Assembly: GCA_012862495.1 (NCBI GenBank)
Contig: BLSG01000291.1
Coordinates: 120,105 to 175,088 of the forward strand
Length of the DNA: 54,984 nt
Direction: 5' to 3'
Source of the DNA: Thraustochytrium aureum
Taxonomy: Eukaryota
Shown piece by piece: positions 34,394 to 46,152 of this stretch; within the stretch, counting starts at the first letter, position 1; every line of letters starts with the position of its first letter. A program made the position numbers and the translations under genes. The notes below the pieces were generated by a model. The model was not told the origin of the DNA and did no database searches. It worked only from the letters and a program-made list of their open reading frames with translations.

Positions 34394-35467
34394 ATGCAGA
34401 GGAGACTGGGCAAGCTCTTGTGCGCAAAGTCGGTCAAGGCGAGCAAGGGCATCCAGGGAACGAGGACGGCCAGCACGATGCAAGGCGCCAAGACGGCTAT
34501 GGACGAGGTGTCCAAGAAGGGCGCGTTCGTGCGCACAGAGTCGCAGTTTCGCAACTGGATCAAGGCCGACGGCAGCACAAAGTTCGCCCCCGAAGCCGGC
34601 AGGTATCACCTCGTGGTGAGCTACGCTTGCCCCTGGGCCAGCCGCTGCTTGTTCCTGCGGGAGTTCAAGGGGCTGAATGACGCCATCGCCTTCACTACGG
34701 TGCGGCCCGTGATGGTCAAGACCTCGGAAGACCCCGAAGACAAACACCACGGGTGGGAGTTCGACAAGCCCTTCCACGGGGCCAAGACCGTGCGCGCCTT
34801 TTACGAAAGCAAGGCGGACAACGTGGCAAAGTTTACCGTCCCGATCCTGTACGACGAAAAGCTCGGCGAGATCGTCTCGAACGAGTCGAGCGAGATCATC
34901 CGCATGTTCAACAGCGAGTTCAACGAGTTTGCCACCAAGAACAAGGGCGTTGATCTCTACCCGGAGGAGCTCCGCGCCGAGATCGACGCCGCCAACGAGT
35001 GGGTGTACCCCTGGATCAACAACGGGGTGTACCGCTCCGGCTTCGCGCAGACGCAAGAGGCCTACGACGAGGCGGTCACGGACGTGTTCAAGGGCCTCGA
35101 CCGCGCCGAGGAGGTCCTTGCGGCACAGCGGTACATTGCCAGCAGCGAGGAGATCACCGAGGCGGACGTGCGTCTCTTTGTCACGCTGGTGCGCTTTGAC
35201 GAGGTGTACCACGGCCACTTTAAGTGCAACAAGCGACTGTTGGCCCAGTACCCAAACATCCACAACTATGTCCGCGAGATCTACCAGATCCCCGGGATCG
35301 CGGACACGGTCAACATGGAGCACATCAAGGAGCACTACCACCGCTCGCACCCGACCATTAACAAGTTTGGCATTGTCCCCATCGGCCAGGACGCCGAGGC
35401 GGGGTTCAAGGAGCCGCACGACCGGGAGGCCAAGTTCCCGCTCGGCCACAAAAAGCAGCGCGCTTAG
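34394..35467 (+). CDS. Glutathionyl-hydroquinone reductase (GST Xi/omega-like; YqjG/ECM4 family)
   Basis: GRYHLVVSYACPWASR, FTVPILYD, IVSNESSEIIR, INNGVYRSGFA, RLFVTLVRFDEVY.GHFKCN, HIKEHY.RSH..IN..GIVP. Start may be ATG 34394 (basic, presequence-like) or 34478. Confidence 0.95.
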   Translation: MQRRLGKLLCAKSVKASKGIQGTRTASTMQGAKTAMDEVSKKGAFVRTESQFRNWIKADGSTKFAPEAGRYHLVVSYACPWASRCLFLREFKGLNDAIAFTTVRPVMVKTSEDPEDKHHGWEFDKPFHGAKTVRAFYESKADNVAKFTVPILYDEKLGEIVSNESSEIIRMFNSEFNEFATKNKGVDLYPEELRAEIDAANEWVYPWINNGVYRSGFAQTQEAYDEAVTDVFKGLDRAEEVLAAQRYIASSEEITEADVRLFVTLVRFDEVYHGHFKCNKRLLAQYPNIHNYVREIYQIPGIADTVNMEHIKEHYHRSHPTINKFGIVPIGQDAEAGFKEPHDREAKFPLGHKKQRA

Positions 35468-35656
35468 GTGGCCAGCGTCCCGCGCCGGGCGCTCTTGTGA
35501 CAGCTTCCAACCCAAACGGTCTTCGTGCAGCACTTGGTAGAATAAAATTGCCTTTCCTTCCCACCTCGATCGGTGTGTTTGTCAGTTGCCGCTCTGGTCG
35601 TTTGCCCTTTTCGCGTATCCTGCCCTGGCCAAGGGCTTGCGCGGGTTTGGGAACCC

Positions 35657-35759
35657 AGCCAGCCAGNNNNNNNNNNNNNNNNNNNNNNNNNNNNNNNNNN
35701 NNNNNNNNNNNNNNNNNNNNNNNNNNNNNNNNNNNNNNNNNNNNNNNCCAGCCAGCCAG
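35657..35759. repeat. (CCAG)n microsatellite spanning an N-gap
   Basis: cagccagccag on both sides of gap 35667-35747. Confidence 0.6.
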
Positions 35760-35770
35760 AGCCGTCGCAC

Positions 35771-37892
35771 CTAATGGGCAGTTTGGTTTGGCGCCGTGTT
35801 GTTCGTTCTCAGCAGGCCGGCGCCCACAGGCTGCGAGGGCGGCTGGGCAACGACAAGCCCCGCCACCAAAGGCGCCGGAACTGCGTCTCGCTTTTTCGGC
35901 TTGCCACGCGAGCGACCGCGCGAGAGGGACCGCTCCCGCTCGATCACTTCCGGGTCGAACGAGACGCGGCGGTTCGGGCTGTTGAGCGGGCTGTCCGGCG
36001 TGAGCACAATATCCGACACCGCACCGAGGTCAATGTTCAGCGGTGGCTTGCGTTTGGGCAAGCCGAGCTGCCGCACAACAAGGTCGCGCTGCTCAAGCGC
36101 CTTGGCGTAGGTCGGGTTGAGGTCCAGGCTGCTCTCGAAAAACGCCAACGCCTGCACTTTGTTCCCCAACGAGGCGTGGCAGAGCCCAATATTGTGCTCG
36201 GCCACGTGGTGCTTGCCCACCCCGGCGGACGACTTGGTGTAAAAGATCAGCTGCGCGCTCGTACTCGTGGAGGCCGTAGTAGAAGCGGCCAAGCTCGAAC
36301 GCGAGGTCCTTGTCGGGCTCGAGCAAATAGTACCAGTCCCAAGCGCGCTCCATGCCGCGCCGGAGGTCGTTCAGGAGCCGCAACGAGCAAACGCCAAGGT
36401 TGCTGAGGATCGCCTCGCGGAACTTGAACACGAGGTCGGGGTCCCAGTCGCTGAGCTGCAGCAAAGCCATCACGGATCGGATCCAGTCGTCCCCGTTGGC
36501 CGCGACGCTCCCTTCGGCGCTGCTCACGTCGTTTGGCTGACTCTGGCGGCCCGACGCGCTGAGCATCGCGTCGGAGCCAAAGTCGTGCTGCTGCAAGTGG
36601 AAGAACTGGTCGGGCCCGAACGCCGCAATCGACTCGCGGTAAGCGACTCGCAGGCCTGAAAATCGTGCGATGCGGGCCGGCGCAGGGTCGCCGTAGCAGT
36701 TCCAATGCGAGGTTTCAATCGCCTCAGTACCGCCGCCCGCCGCCCTGGCCTCGTCTAGCACAAACGCGGAGACCTTGAGCGAGGCGTCCTCCACGGGGCA
36801 GTGGAGCGCAAAGCCGCCCAGCGCGTCAAACCAGAGCCCAATTGCGTGGTAGTTGACCATGAGCGAGAACGATCCGTGGACCGCGATGTGCGGCTCGCAC
36901 GAGGTCCCTGGCTGCTGGAACGCGACTGTGTTGCTGAGGCCCTTGTCACCCGAGAGGACCATAATGCGCCCGCCCCTGGAGAGCTTGCGAAGGTTGCCGA
37001 GGCAGCTGAGCGACGCTGAGGGCACGAGAAAGCCGGCCTGGCGCTCGCCAAAGTGTTTTTCGTACCAGGCCAGCATAGCCGCGAGCTCAGGGGAGCGCTC
37101 ACGGGCGGCAGTCCCCCCGCGCAGCGCGTCGTGCCACTCGAACCGCGGCTTGAACCGCGTCAAAATGGCCGGCTCGCTCGGATCGGGCTCCACCTGCTTG
37201 CTGAGAACCGAGACCAGCCCCTCCTGCAAGACGCCGCCGCTGACCCGGTAGGCGTCTGCGGGCAGCGAGTCAAAGAGGTAGTTGGCGACGATCAGCAACG
37301 GGTTTACCAGCGAGCCGGGCTCCAGGAGCTGGCCGCTCATTTCGAGCCGGATCGACTGGTCGTGGCAAGCGTCAAGCTTGGCAAAGTCCAGAACCCCAGC
37401 CCGCAGGAAACGCTGCAGGGCGGCGTGCTCGCGCCAGAACCGGAACGGCGCGCTGGAAAAGTCGGTCATCACATAGCGCACCCGAAACGGCACGTCGTCG
37501 CCGTAGCAGAGCTCGAGGCGCTCCAGGAGGGCCTTGACAAGCAAAAACGAAAACTTTCCGCTCCCAGCGCCGAGCTCGACCACGTAAACGGGCTGCGACA
37601 GGTCCAAGTCGCCGCGCCCCAAAAGGTCGCCCAAGTACGCCTGGATGAGCTTGGCGTACTGCCTTGCCACCAGCGCGTTTGTGGTGATGAAGAACGGCAC
37701 GATGCCTTTGCTCCATGCCTCTACGCCTTGGCTCTCGTAAAACCTGCGCATCTGCTCCCACAACACAGACTCGGACAGCCTCTTCGCGCCTTGGACAAGG
37801 AACGGAAACATGTCCTCGCGGTCCTCGTTCACCGGCTCGTGTCGCAGCGCGTGGGCCGCCGGACCACACGTCTCCTTGTTTTCCTCCTGCAT
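35771..37892 (-). CDS. MidA/NDUFAF7-like SAM-dependent methyltransferase with C-terminal TPRs
   Basis: Motif I VVELGAGSGK, plus YVMTDF and IVANYLFDSLP. A frame break near 36250 leads into TPRs (FELGRFYYGLHEYERA; HNIGLCHASLG...ALAFFESSLDLNP). Confidence 0.8.
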
Positions 37893-39081
37893 GTTTTTTG
37901 TTGCCAGGCGCGAATCGGCTGCCTGCCCAGGCGCTCCGCCAAGCTCGAGCTACCGCGTACAGGAGAGTCGGTCTGTGTCAGCCAGATGCGCGGAGAATCG
38001 CGCCAAGGGCGCGCCGCCGCAGGCAGCGCGAGGCGTGGCGAGCGCAGTGCCCCAGCGCGAATCACACGATCGGCGGCGCAAGCTCAACCCAAGCTCGGCG
38101 CCAAGCGCGCGAAGCGCCACCAAAGCAACAAAACGATCCCTCAGCCAGCCCACGACGCGACCGCTGGCTGCCTGGGCGCCTCAACGCGTGCAGGTCTGGT
38201 GGGCGACGGCCAGCATTTTGACCGTTTCCCCCGTTCGCCAAAACAAGCGCGCACCGCCAGTCGTGTTCAACAGACTCGGTTGTGGTGGGGTAGGGCCTGC
38301 GTAAGTAGAGTATAGAGTAGAGTACTGCGGTACTTACCCGGCCCGGGCGGGGTCTGTCTCTTCAGCGCGCGTCTTCGTCTGCCGTGCGCGGCGCCGTTCA
38401 TGAGCGCCAGAAGCATGAGCGCCAGAAGCAACGGCGCCGAGCAACTCTTCCCTCGTTATATCCTCACGAGGATCGGAGGCTAAAACCGTGCGGCGGCTAA
38501 AGTGCTACTGGGTCGGGTGCACTGATCATGACTCGGTGTCGCGGCGCGAGGCCGGCGCGGCGCGAGGCCGGCGCGTGGTTGCGTCACGTGGCGCCGCCTG
38601 CCTCGCGCGCTGCCCGCCTCGCTGCCACACTCTTCCTGGCGTTGGCAGTGTTGCCGAAATGGAGGAATAGGCGAACACGTCCACAACACACACCTCTGCA
38701 CCAGAGGAACTCGATCTTGAGAGCAGCTGAGCAACAGACGCGCAACTGCAGTAGCAGCGGCAGCGGCAGCAGCAGCAGGAGCAGGCGCAGACGCGGCAGA
38801 CCCGCTACAGCAGCCGCGCGGGCAGGCGGGCGAGGCGTCGGGCGCATTCGCATCGATCGAGCCATCTTCATCCATTCCGCGAAAGCGCCGGACTGGAAGG
38901 CCTGGCTGGCTGGCAAGTGCAAGAGCGGCCGAGCTTGTTTGCTGGGTTTGGTGGAGGAGGTCACCGTGTTGTGGGCCGCCCCGCGGTGGATCTATCTCGA
39001 TTGAGTACCGATCAATGATCGATCGATTGTCGATCTGGAGGTGCCGACGCGCCGCGGCTGGTGCAGCCTGGTGAGTGATTG

Positions 39082-41303
39082 ATGTCGGTGGTGGGCGACC
39101 TTGGGGCTGCAGGCCTGGAAGAGCTGTGGCACAATGTGGAGCTCGGGGAGGTGCTGTTCGAGGGCAGCGTCTTGAAGAAGAGCGAGGTGATTGGGTGGTG
39201 GAACCCGAGGCACATCCGCGTGGTAAGAGTCCCCTCGAACGCGCTGGTCTGCATATACTGGACGTCGGCAGTCCACGCACGCAACCAGCCGCGCGAGCCG
39301 CGCGGGATTCTAGATGGTTCGCGCGCAATGCTAAGCAACAACCCAGACCAACTGCAGATCGAGATCCGGCACATTCTGGACCTGCAACGCGAGAGCGACT
39401 GCTTTGGATCCAGGCTGGACATCGTCGTCGTTCTTCGCGTGAGCACGTTGGACGAATTCGAGGCGCTGAGCGGCGCCCTCGGCGGCGCCGTGGCGGCGGG
39501 CGCCGAGCACGCAGTCACCTCTGTTACGTCCTACGAACGCGAGCGGAGGCCGCCCGCCGCTGCCGCGAGCCAAAACCCCAAGGTGGGCACGTCGGCCCCC
39601 GCGCGCCTGGAGAGCGACTTTGTTCTGCTGGGCGAGCTGGGAAAAGGGGCGTTCTCCGTCGTGTACCGCGCACGGCGGCGCGGCCAGGGCGCCAACGATG
39701 TCGCCGTCAAGGTGGTCATGCTGGACAAGATGAGCAGCCGGGAGCGCAAGACACAGCTTCGCTACCTAGATAGCGAAGTCTCCATCATGCGCAAGATCGG
39801 CGAGCGACTCGCGGAGAGCGAGCACGTGGTCAAGATGCTGGATAGCTTTGCGGAGACCAAGCCCTGTTTCCGCGTCTCGATGGTCCTCGAGCTCTGCAAC
39901 GGGGGCGAGCTGTTCGACCGCATCGTTTCGCGCAACTACTTTTCCGAGAAAGACGCCAAGGACGTGGTGCGCAAGCTCGCGTCCACCTTGCAGGCGCTGC
40001 ACGAGGTGGGCATCGTGCACCGTGACATCAAGCCCGAAAACCTGATCTACGACTCGCCCGCAGAGGACGCCACAATCAAGATCACCGACTTTGGGCTCGC
40101 GCTCGACATGGAGTTTATTGAAAAGGACCCGTACAAGTCGCACGTCGTAAGTTGTTCGCTTGCTAGCTGGCCGCCCGCGGCGCCGAAACAAACCTGGCCA
40201 AGGCTGACGACTGCCGCGGGGAAAAGGTCGGGACGCTCTCCTACTTTGCACCAGAAGTGCTGCGTCTGCACTACACCCCAGCCTGCGACGTGTGGTCGCT
40301 CGGCGTCGTCCTCTACATCCTCCTCTGCGGCTACCCACCGTTTGTCGGCAAGACGCGCATGGCCGTCCAAAAGGAAACGCGGCTCGGTCGGTTTGAGTTC
40401 CACATGCCCGAGTGGGCCAGCATCTCGCACGCGGCGCAAGACTTGATCACCAAGATGCTCGACGTCCGGCCGCGCTTTCGGATCCGGCCGGACCAGATCC
40501 TGCAGCACCCTTGGCTGACAAGTGCGCTCGAGGCCGACTCCGCTCCCCTCTCGTTGAACCGCCACAAGCAGTTCAACCACAAGCGCAAGCTCAAGGCGGC
40601 GGCCTACGCCGTCATTTGGGGCGCTCGCCTCTCGGGCAAGCGGAAGGAAAAGCTCGCGTCGCTCGCCAAAAAGCTCAAGCCAGAGGGCTTTGTTTCCAGC
40701 GACCTCGAGCTCATCAAGGCGGCCTTTGCGCGCCATGCCGGTGACGGCGGCGAGGGGGGAGAGGAGCCCGGCGTAACCGACACGGACCAGCTGCGGATGA
40801 TCTTGACCGAGCTTGGGTTTAAGAACATGCCTCTGGGCCGCTTGTTCCAGCTCTTCGACGAAGATGGGGACGGCAAGATCGACCAGCGCGAGCTGCTCTC
40901 GGGTCTCGCCTTGCTGCAGGGGACGGCAGAGGAGTCCCTTCGGTTTTGCTTCAGCTTGTACGATCGAGACGGAAGCGGAGACATCGACAAGGACGAGCTG
41001 AGCCGCATCTTGACCATGTGCATCACCAACGACCCGGACGTTGACCCGGAGGTCGTCGGCAGCGAGCTGGCGTCTGCCTTTGACGCGATTGACGAGGACN
41101 NNNNNNNNNNNNNNNNNNNNNNNNNNNNNNNNNNNNNNNNNNNNNNNNNNNNNNNNNNNNNNNNNNNNNNNNNNNNNNNNNNNNNNNNGTTCAAGGCGGC
41201 GTGCGCCTCGAAGCCGTTCCTGGTCGACTGGCTTTTTTGTCTCGCAAGCTTAACGGGTCGCGTCGCCAGTACGGTCAGCTCCGCTGAAGGAGGGCTCGAG
41301 TAG
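39082..41303 (+). CDS. PH-domain + Ca2+/calmodulin-dependent kinase with CaM-binding helix and visinin-like EF hands (CCaMK-like); intron 40147-40226
   Basis: LGKGAFSVV, VAVK, LELCNGGELFDRIV, HRDIKPEN, DFG, APE, DVWSLG, FNHKRKLKAAA. EF hands DEDGDGKIDQRE and DRDGSGDIDKDE, with a third broken by gap 41100-41188. N-terminal EGSVLKKSEVIGWWNPR is PH-like. Confidence 0.88.
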
Positions 41304-41403
41304 CTCAGCTCGCCCTGACGCGCCCTGAGGGTTGAATTTTTTTTTAAATTGCTGTTCAAAGAACACGGCAGCAAACACAGTGACGCCAAAAACCGCGGTA
41401 GTT

Positions 41404-43169
41404 CTAAGAAATCTCGAGCTGGACACCGCCGCCAGGCGGGGCTCGCGCCAGAGGCGGAACTCGACCCTGCTCCTGGTCCCCGTCAAAGCGAAACCCGTTT
41501 GACCCGCCACGAACAAAAACCATTTCCGCTCGTCGAAGGCCTTCGCCCGTCTCGCCCTCACCAACCTTTTTGCCGATTCGAGCGCCCCTGCGCGAGCGAC
41601 TGATTAGCACGACGGCAGCGCCAGCAACCAAAGCAGCGCAAAAGCTTCCGATCACAATCGCCAGCATGGAGCCGAGGCTGGCACCCGTGAATCGTCTTGG
41701 CCTCGAGCACCCTCGTCGCCGTTATTCGTGGACCCTTTACTGCTCGATGCAGAGCTTTCTGATCCAGGCCTCGTGGGAGCAAGTGACGGTGCGGCTGTGG
41801 GGCGCACCGACGGGGCGGTCGTCGGCGCCTCCGTTGTGGAGAAAAACGCGTCAATCTCCGTGTCGAGAAATGTCCCTGGCAAGCACTTGGTGTGGCCTGC
41901 GTCGAGGCCAAACCCGGGGGGGCAGTACGGGGCCTCGTTGGCGTTGGCACAGATGCACTGACCCTTGACGATGCCCCTCGCATACACCTCGCCGTTTTCC
42001 AGCACCCGAAGCACGGCCCAGGCGAACACGGCCTTGCTTTTGGGGCACTCGATCTCGCACGCGTTCGTGTTGCTGCTCTCTGGCGCAAGCGACCGGCCAA
42101 AGTCGCGCAGTATGCTCACAGTGGCGTTCTCCCCGAACGAGTGCGCTTCGCTCGCCGTGCTGCGCGCGTGGAGCCACTCCCCGAACGCAAGGGGCAGCCC
42201 AACGGCTGTCGCAAGAGAATCATCCGCAAAGGGGACGTACTGCTCGTCGAGCTCTGCCGCCGTGCCCTTGCCTGTCTCGAAATCTGCCGCGCGCACCCTT
42301 TCGGCGGCACGCAGCAGTTCAGCAGACACTTCAGTCCTCGAGCCCTCGGCATCGTCGTGGATGGTCGTCCGGTTTGGTACGAGCCAAGTGCCGTCCGCGG
42401 CGCCTTGCTTGGGCACCAATACCTGCTCCATGTCCATAAACTCCCATAGGGCCACTGTCTCGAGTGGGCAGAAACCCGTCAGGTTCCGCCAGTTCAAAGA
42501 GGCCAGCTCGTTTGCAGTGGCAGACCGGATCGAGGGCAGGTACTTGTTGCGCAAGTACCAGTACATAGCGAAGGCGAAGCAGGCGTTGAGGTCGTCGCGG
42601 CCCACCTCGGCAAAGTCGCCCGCCTGCAACAGCTCGTCAGAGTCGCTCAGGCAAGGCGCCACGAGCTCTCTCGAAAGGCCATAGTCGCCAGAGCGCTCGG
42701 CCAGCTCGCGGCCTCCGGACGACCGAAACGCCTCTGTGGCCCATTCCTGCAGCATCTCCGGCACGAGAAGGTTGCGCGACACGCAGTCTTCGAATGCGTT
42801 GGCAGCGAGATCAATGGTTGCTGCAGTCAGCGTGGGCGCCGTGGTCGGGCGGCGTGTGGGCGTCTTTGTAGGTGTTGCGGTCGTCGGCGCGATTGTCGGT
42901 CGTAGCGTTGTTGGCCTCGTCACTGGCGGCGCGACAGGCGGTGTGGACTTCATGCACACCCAGCAGTGGTAGCAGTAGTCAAAGTCCCAGCAAATGCCAA
43001 TCTTGACGGAGCAGGCCAGCTCCGCAAAGTACGACGACGGGCATCGCTCGCACGTGTAGATCAAGTTTGTCACCTCAAAGCCTTGGTTACAGTGCGGCTC
43101 AGCAGCCACAGCCGGGACGAGCGCTGCAAGCGCAGTCGCAGTCACCGCCGCCGTCCACGTCCACGCCAT
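41404..43169 (-). CDS. Type I membrane / secreted protein with Cys-rich N-terminus and PT-rich linkers
   Basis: Signal peptide MAWTWTAAVTATALAALVPAVAA, a Cys cluster and PT repeats. A 1-nt shift near 41688 joins the TM LAIVIGSFCAALVAGAAVVLI and a basic tail. Confidence 0.7.
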
Positions 43170-43988
43170 CTGCCTCCAGTGGGCTCGACCGCGACGGCTC
43201 GTCCTCCTAGCCCACGAGGCTTTGACGCAGATCTGCCTCTCGCGCAGCAACACGCTCTCGAGCAAGCTCTCTGCGCTCGAGCTCTAGAGCTAGAGCTCGA
43301 GAGAGCAAACAAGCAAGCAGGCAAGCAGGCCCAGACACTGCCCGCTCGCGACCTGCCGCTGGGCTTCGCTTTCGGGGTCTGCTTTCGCATTGTCCAAGTC
43401 GGAGATGGTGTTCGAGCTCGACAACAACTCCGAGTCTACGGGTAGAGTAGAGTACTCTTACTCCCTCCACCTCCGTCCGAGTGAGGGATCATGGATGATG
43501 ATGCGCTCGATCGGTCGATGTCCTGGACCACCACACCGCGGGCCGCCTTCACCTGGAGGACAGACGGGAGTCACGGGACGGATGGGTGAACGAGGAAACG
43601 CGTCAGGGGCGCAGCGTTGTGAGAGCGAAACTGACTCTTTCCGCCGCCCTTGAACGATCAAGGAAACCCGCAAAGGCGAGTTGCTGACCGGAAGGAATTC
43701 GTCCATCTGGGTCTCATGATTCTCATCTTCTCTCGGCGAGCGAGCGAGCGACACGAGGAGCACGCTGTGCTTGGGACGCGGCGGCCGAGCTTGCGGGGCA
43801 CGCCTGATTAGTGCGCGCTGTGGGCCAACCAACCACCTGAGTCCTTCGAGCAAGTGAAAGCAGCATGAGTGAAAAATGTCCAGCTTTTGCGTCGTGTTTT
43901 GGGTGCTCGGGAGTAGGTTTGACGCGGCGCGCGAGCGGACCAGCCGAATCGGTGGGCCAGCAGATTGCGGGCGCGGCCGGCGATCTCG

Positions 43989-46152
43989 TCAGCGGATGCC
44001 GAGGCGGCTGTTGAGGCGCGCCCACATCGCCTCGCGAAGTGACGGCGCTCGCTCAAGTCGTTCGAGTTGCAGCTCGTCAAAAACGAAGCGAAACTCGCGC
44101 GGCGTCTGGCTCCTTTCTGCCTCAAAGTCGGGGCTGCCCGAGGCGTCCAAAGCTAAGCCGTCGTGCAGGACCACTATGGGCTTACCAGACTTGCGCGCCT
44201 CACGGAGCTGCAGCTGCACCGACTTGCGCATGAGCGAGCCGCGTGTCAGCAAAAGCAGGACCGACCTTGTCTGTTCCACCGCTTTGATGACCGTCGCCTC
44301 GCTTGCCGGCTCGGCGCTATGGTCCCACCAGACCTTGAGGCCTTCGCCGAGCAGCTCGAAAAACAGGGCGCCCGCCGCGTCGCCAGCGACGGCGGCATGA
44401 GCGCACAAGAGCACGTCGGATGCAGGGTCGACGACGTCCAAGGCGCCGAGCGTGGCGAGGACGTCGCTTTCGAGTTGCTCGTCATCCCTCGAGCGCCCCC
44501 CAAGCCGCTTTGAGAGCGACTTGCGCAGCGAAAGGCGCTCAGGCTTGGCGGCAGCGCCGTCGCCCTCCTTGCTCTGGCCAAAGACGCCCGGCGGAAGCGG
44601 CGAGTCGCAAAACTCGACAATGGCGGCAAACACGTCGGCGTCTGGGGTCCGCACGAAGATGAGCTTGTCCCTCGCTACGTCGCGCGCGCAAAGCTCAAAC
44701 TCGCCGTCGCGAAAGGCGCCGCGCGGCACCCGCTTGCCCCGCGCGTTGAGACGAGTAGCCAACTTGAGACTCCCAGGGAAGAAGACGAGCTCGACCTGTG
44801 CGCTCGTTCGCAGCCTGCTGGCCCAGCGCGGGATGGTGCTTGGCGACCAGTCGGCACTGGTCGCACAGTGATCACGAGGCTCTCGCGAAACACAAACGCG
44901 TGGCCATCAGCCCACGACTTGGCGCCAGTCGGCTTGTACTCTGCTGGCGCGGACGCAACAAGAACGCCGTGCTGCGCCGGGCTGTCCGGGCTCAAGTGCG
45001 GCACGATGCGCGCCACGTTGACGAGAATCGACTCGCGAACTTGAAAGGCGGCTGCTTCGCGGCCAATTTGGGCGAGGCGGTCCTCTGCAGCGCGCGCCAA
45101 CGCATCCGCAAGGCCGACCGCGCGAGCTGCGGCGGCTCTCGTGGCGGAGCCCGACTTTGCAGCTAACGCAGCGCAAGTTGCCGCGAGCCGAGACGCGAGG
45201 GCCTGCAACGCTGCGGGTCGCTCCTGCACGACCTGAAGCAGCTCGACGAGGGACTCGCCGTGCAGCAAATCACGTGTAAGGCACGTGTCCGCAAACGTCG
45301 CGTCCGAGGCGCAGAGCGTTCCAACTGCGTCGTAGGCGCTCGGCGCCATCGCCTCGACGCGGTTCCAGACCGCAAGATGATTCACGAAGGGGAGCGTCGC
45401 TTGAGAGATCGACGCGGCAATAGCAAGCGTCTCGGCTGGAGCGTTGAGAACGGCGTGCAAAATTTGCGTGGAAAGCGCGCTACTCAGACGCAGGATGGTC
45501 TCCGTGTCGCCAAACACCAGCTGGGTCTCGGCCCGCTTAGAGTGCCATGCTCGAGCGTTGGAAGGAGGAATTCGTCGTGGACTGTGCGGACCCGTCTCGC
45601 GAATTCGACGCTCTCCTCAACGAGATCGCGCGCTGCTCGGGCGCAGGCCTTCTCGTCCAGCGTAGCTGCCGAACCTTGCAACTTCGCAAACACATTTCTC
45701 GCGCCTTGTGCCTGCGAGGACTGGTTGGCACCGCCGTTGTCGGCAACCGCGGGGAGAGGGGAGCCCTCCCTGTACGATTCCCGAAGTCGCATGACGGGGC
45801 CCCGAAGCACATCGTACTCGTATTCATCCTGGATCAGGTCATATTTGAACGTGAAAAACACAAACCGCTTGAAGGCTGTCCAAAGCCGGGCAGCGGCGCC
45901 GGCCTCCTTGACTACTGCGAGGTGCCTGTGGAGGACAATCGCAAAGATGCGAAGCATCTTGGCGAAAATTTCCTTGGCCTTGTGCATAAAGTCGTCCACG
46001 TACGGCTCGGATTCGTCTGCTGGAAAGAGCTCGGAGTCGTCCAGCCGTTCTGCGCGGCGCCGGTCTCGGTCAGTCCTGAAACCCCTCAAACAACAAGCTA
46101 CTGCAACTGGTGTGGTGCACCTACCTTCAATCGCCGCCATCGTGCGGTCCAC
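43989..46152 (-). CDS. MOB kinase-activator + RhoGEF(DH)-like + PH + TIR fusion protein (5' end in gap; introns 46050-46124 and 44796-44866)
   Basis: MOB1 pattern IEERLDDSELFP...AKEIFAKMLRIFAIVLHRH...FKRFVFFTFKYDLI. DH-like RDLVEESVEF...FLLP...ETQLVFGDTETIL (1-nt shift near 45532). PH-like KSWADGHAFVFRESLVI. TIR LKVWWD...AVEQTRSVLLLLT...LREARKSGKPIVVL. Confidence 0.72.

Noticed and set aside
34301..35533. Long antisense ORFs (here, and 31921-33498, 49591-51123, 7766-9403, 37053-38315)
   Set aside because: They are shadows of GC-rich sense genes with biased codon use and carry no recognisable motifs.
38399..38576. Short tandem duplications (15 bp at ~38400, 16 bp at ~38543; similar ones at ~11441 and ~47012) as target-site duplications
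   Set aside because: No element, terminal repeats or transposase lies between or near them. They fit replication slippage.
38995..39036. GATC/ATCGAT-rich palindromic patch before the kinase start
   Set aside because: It is short, low-complexity and occurs once, so no function can be supported.
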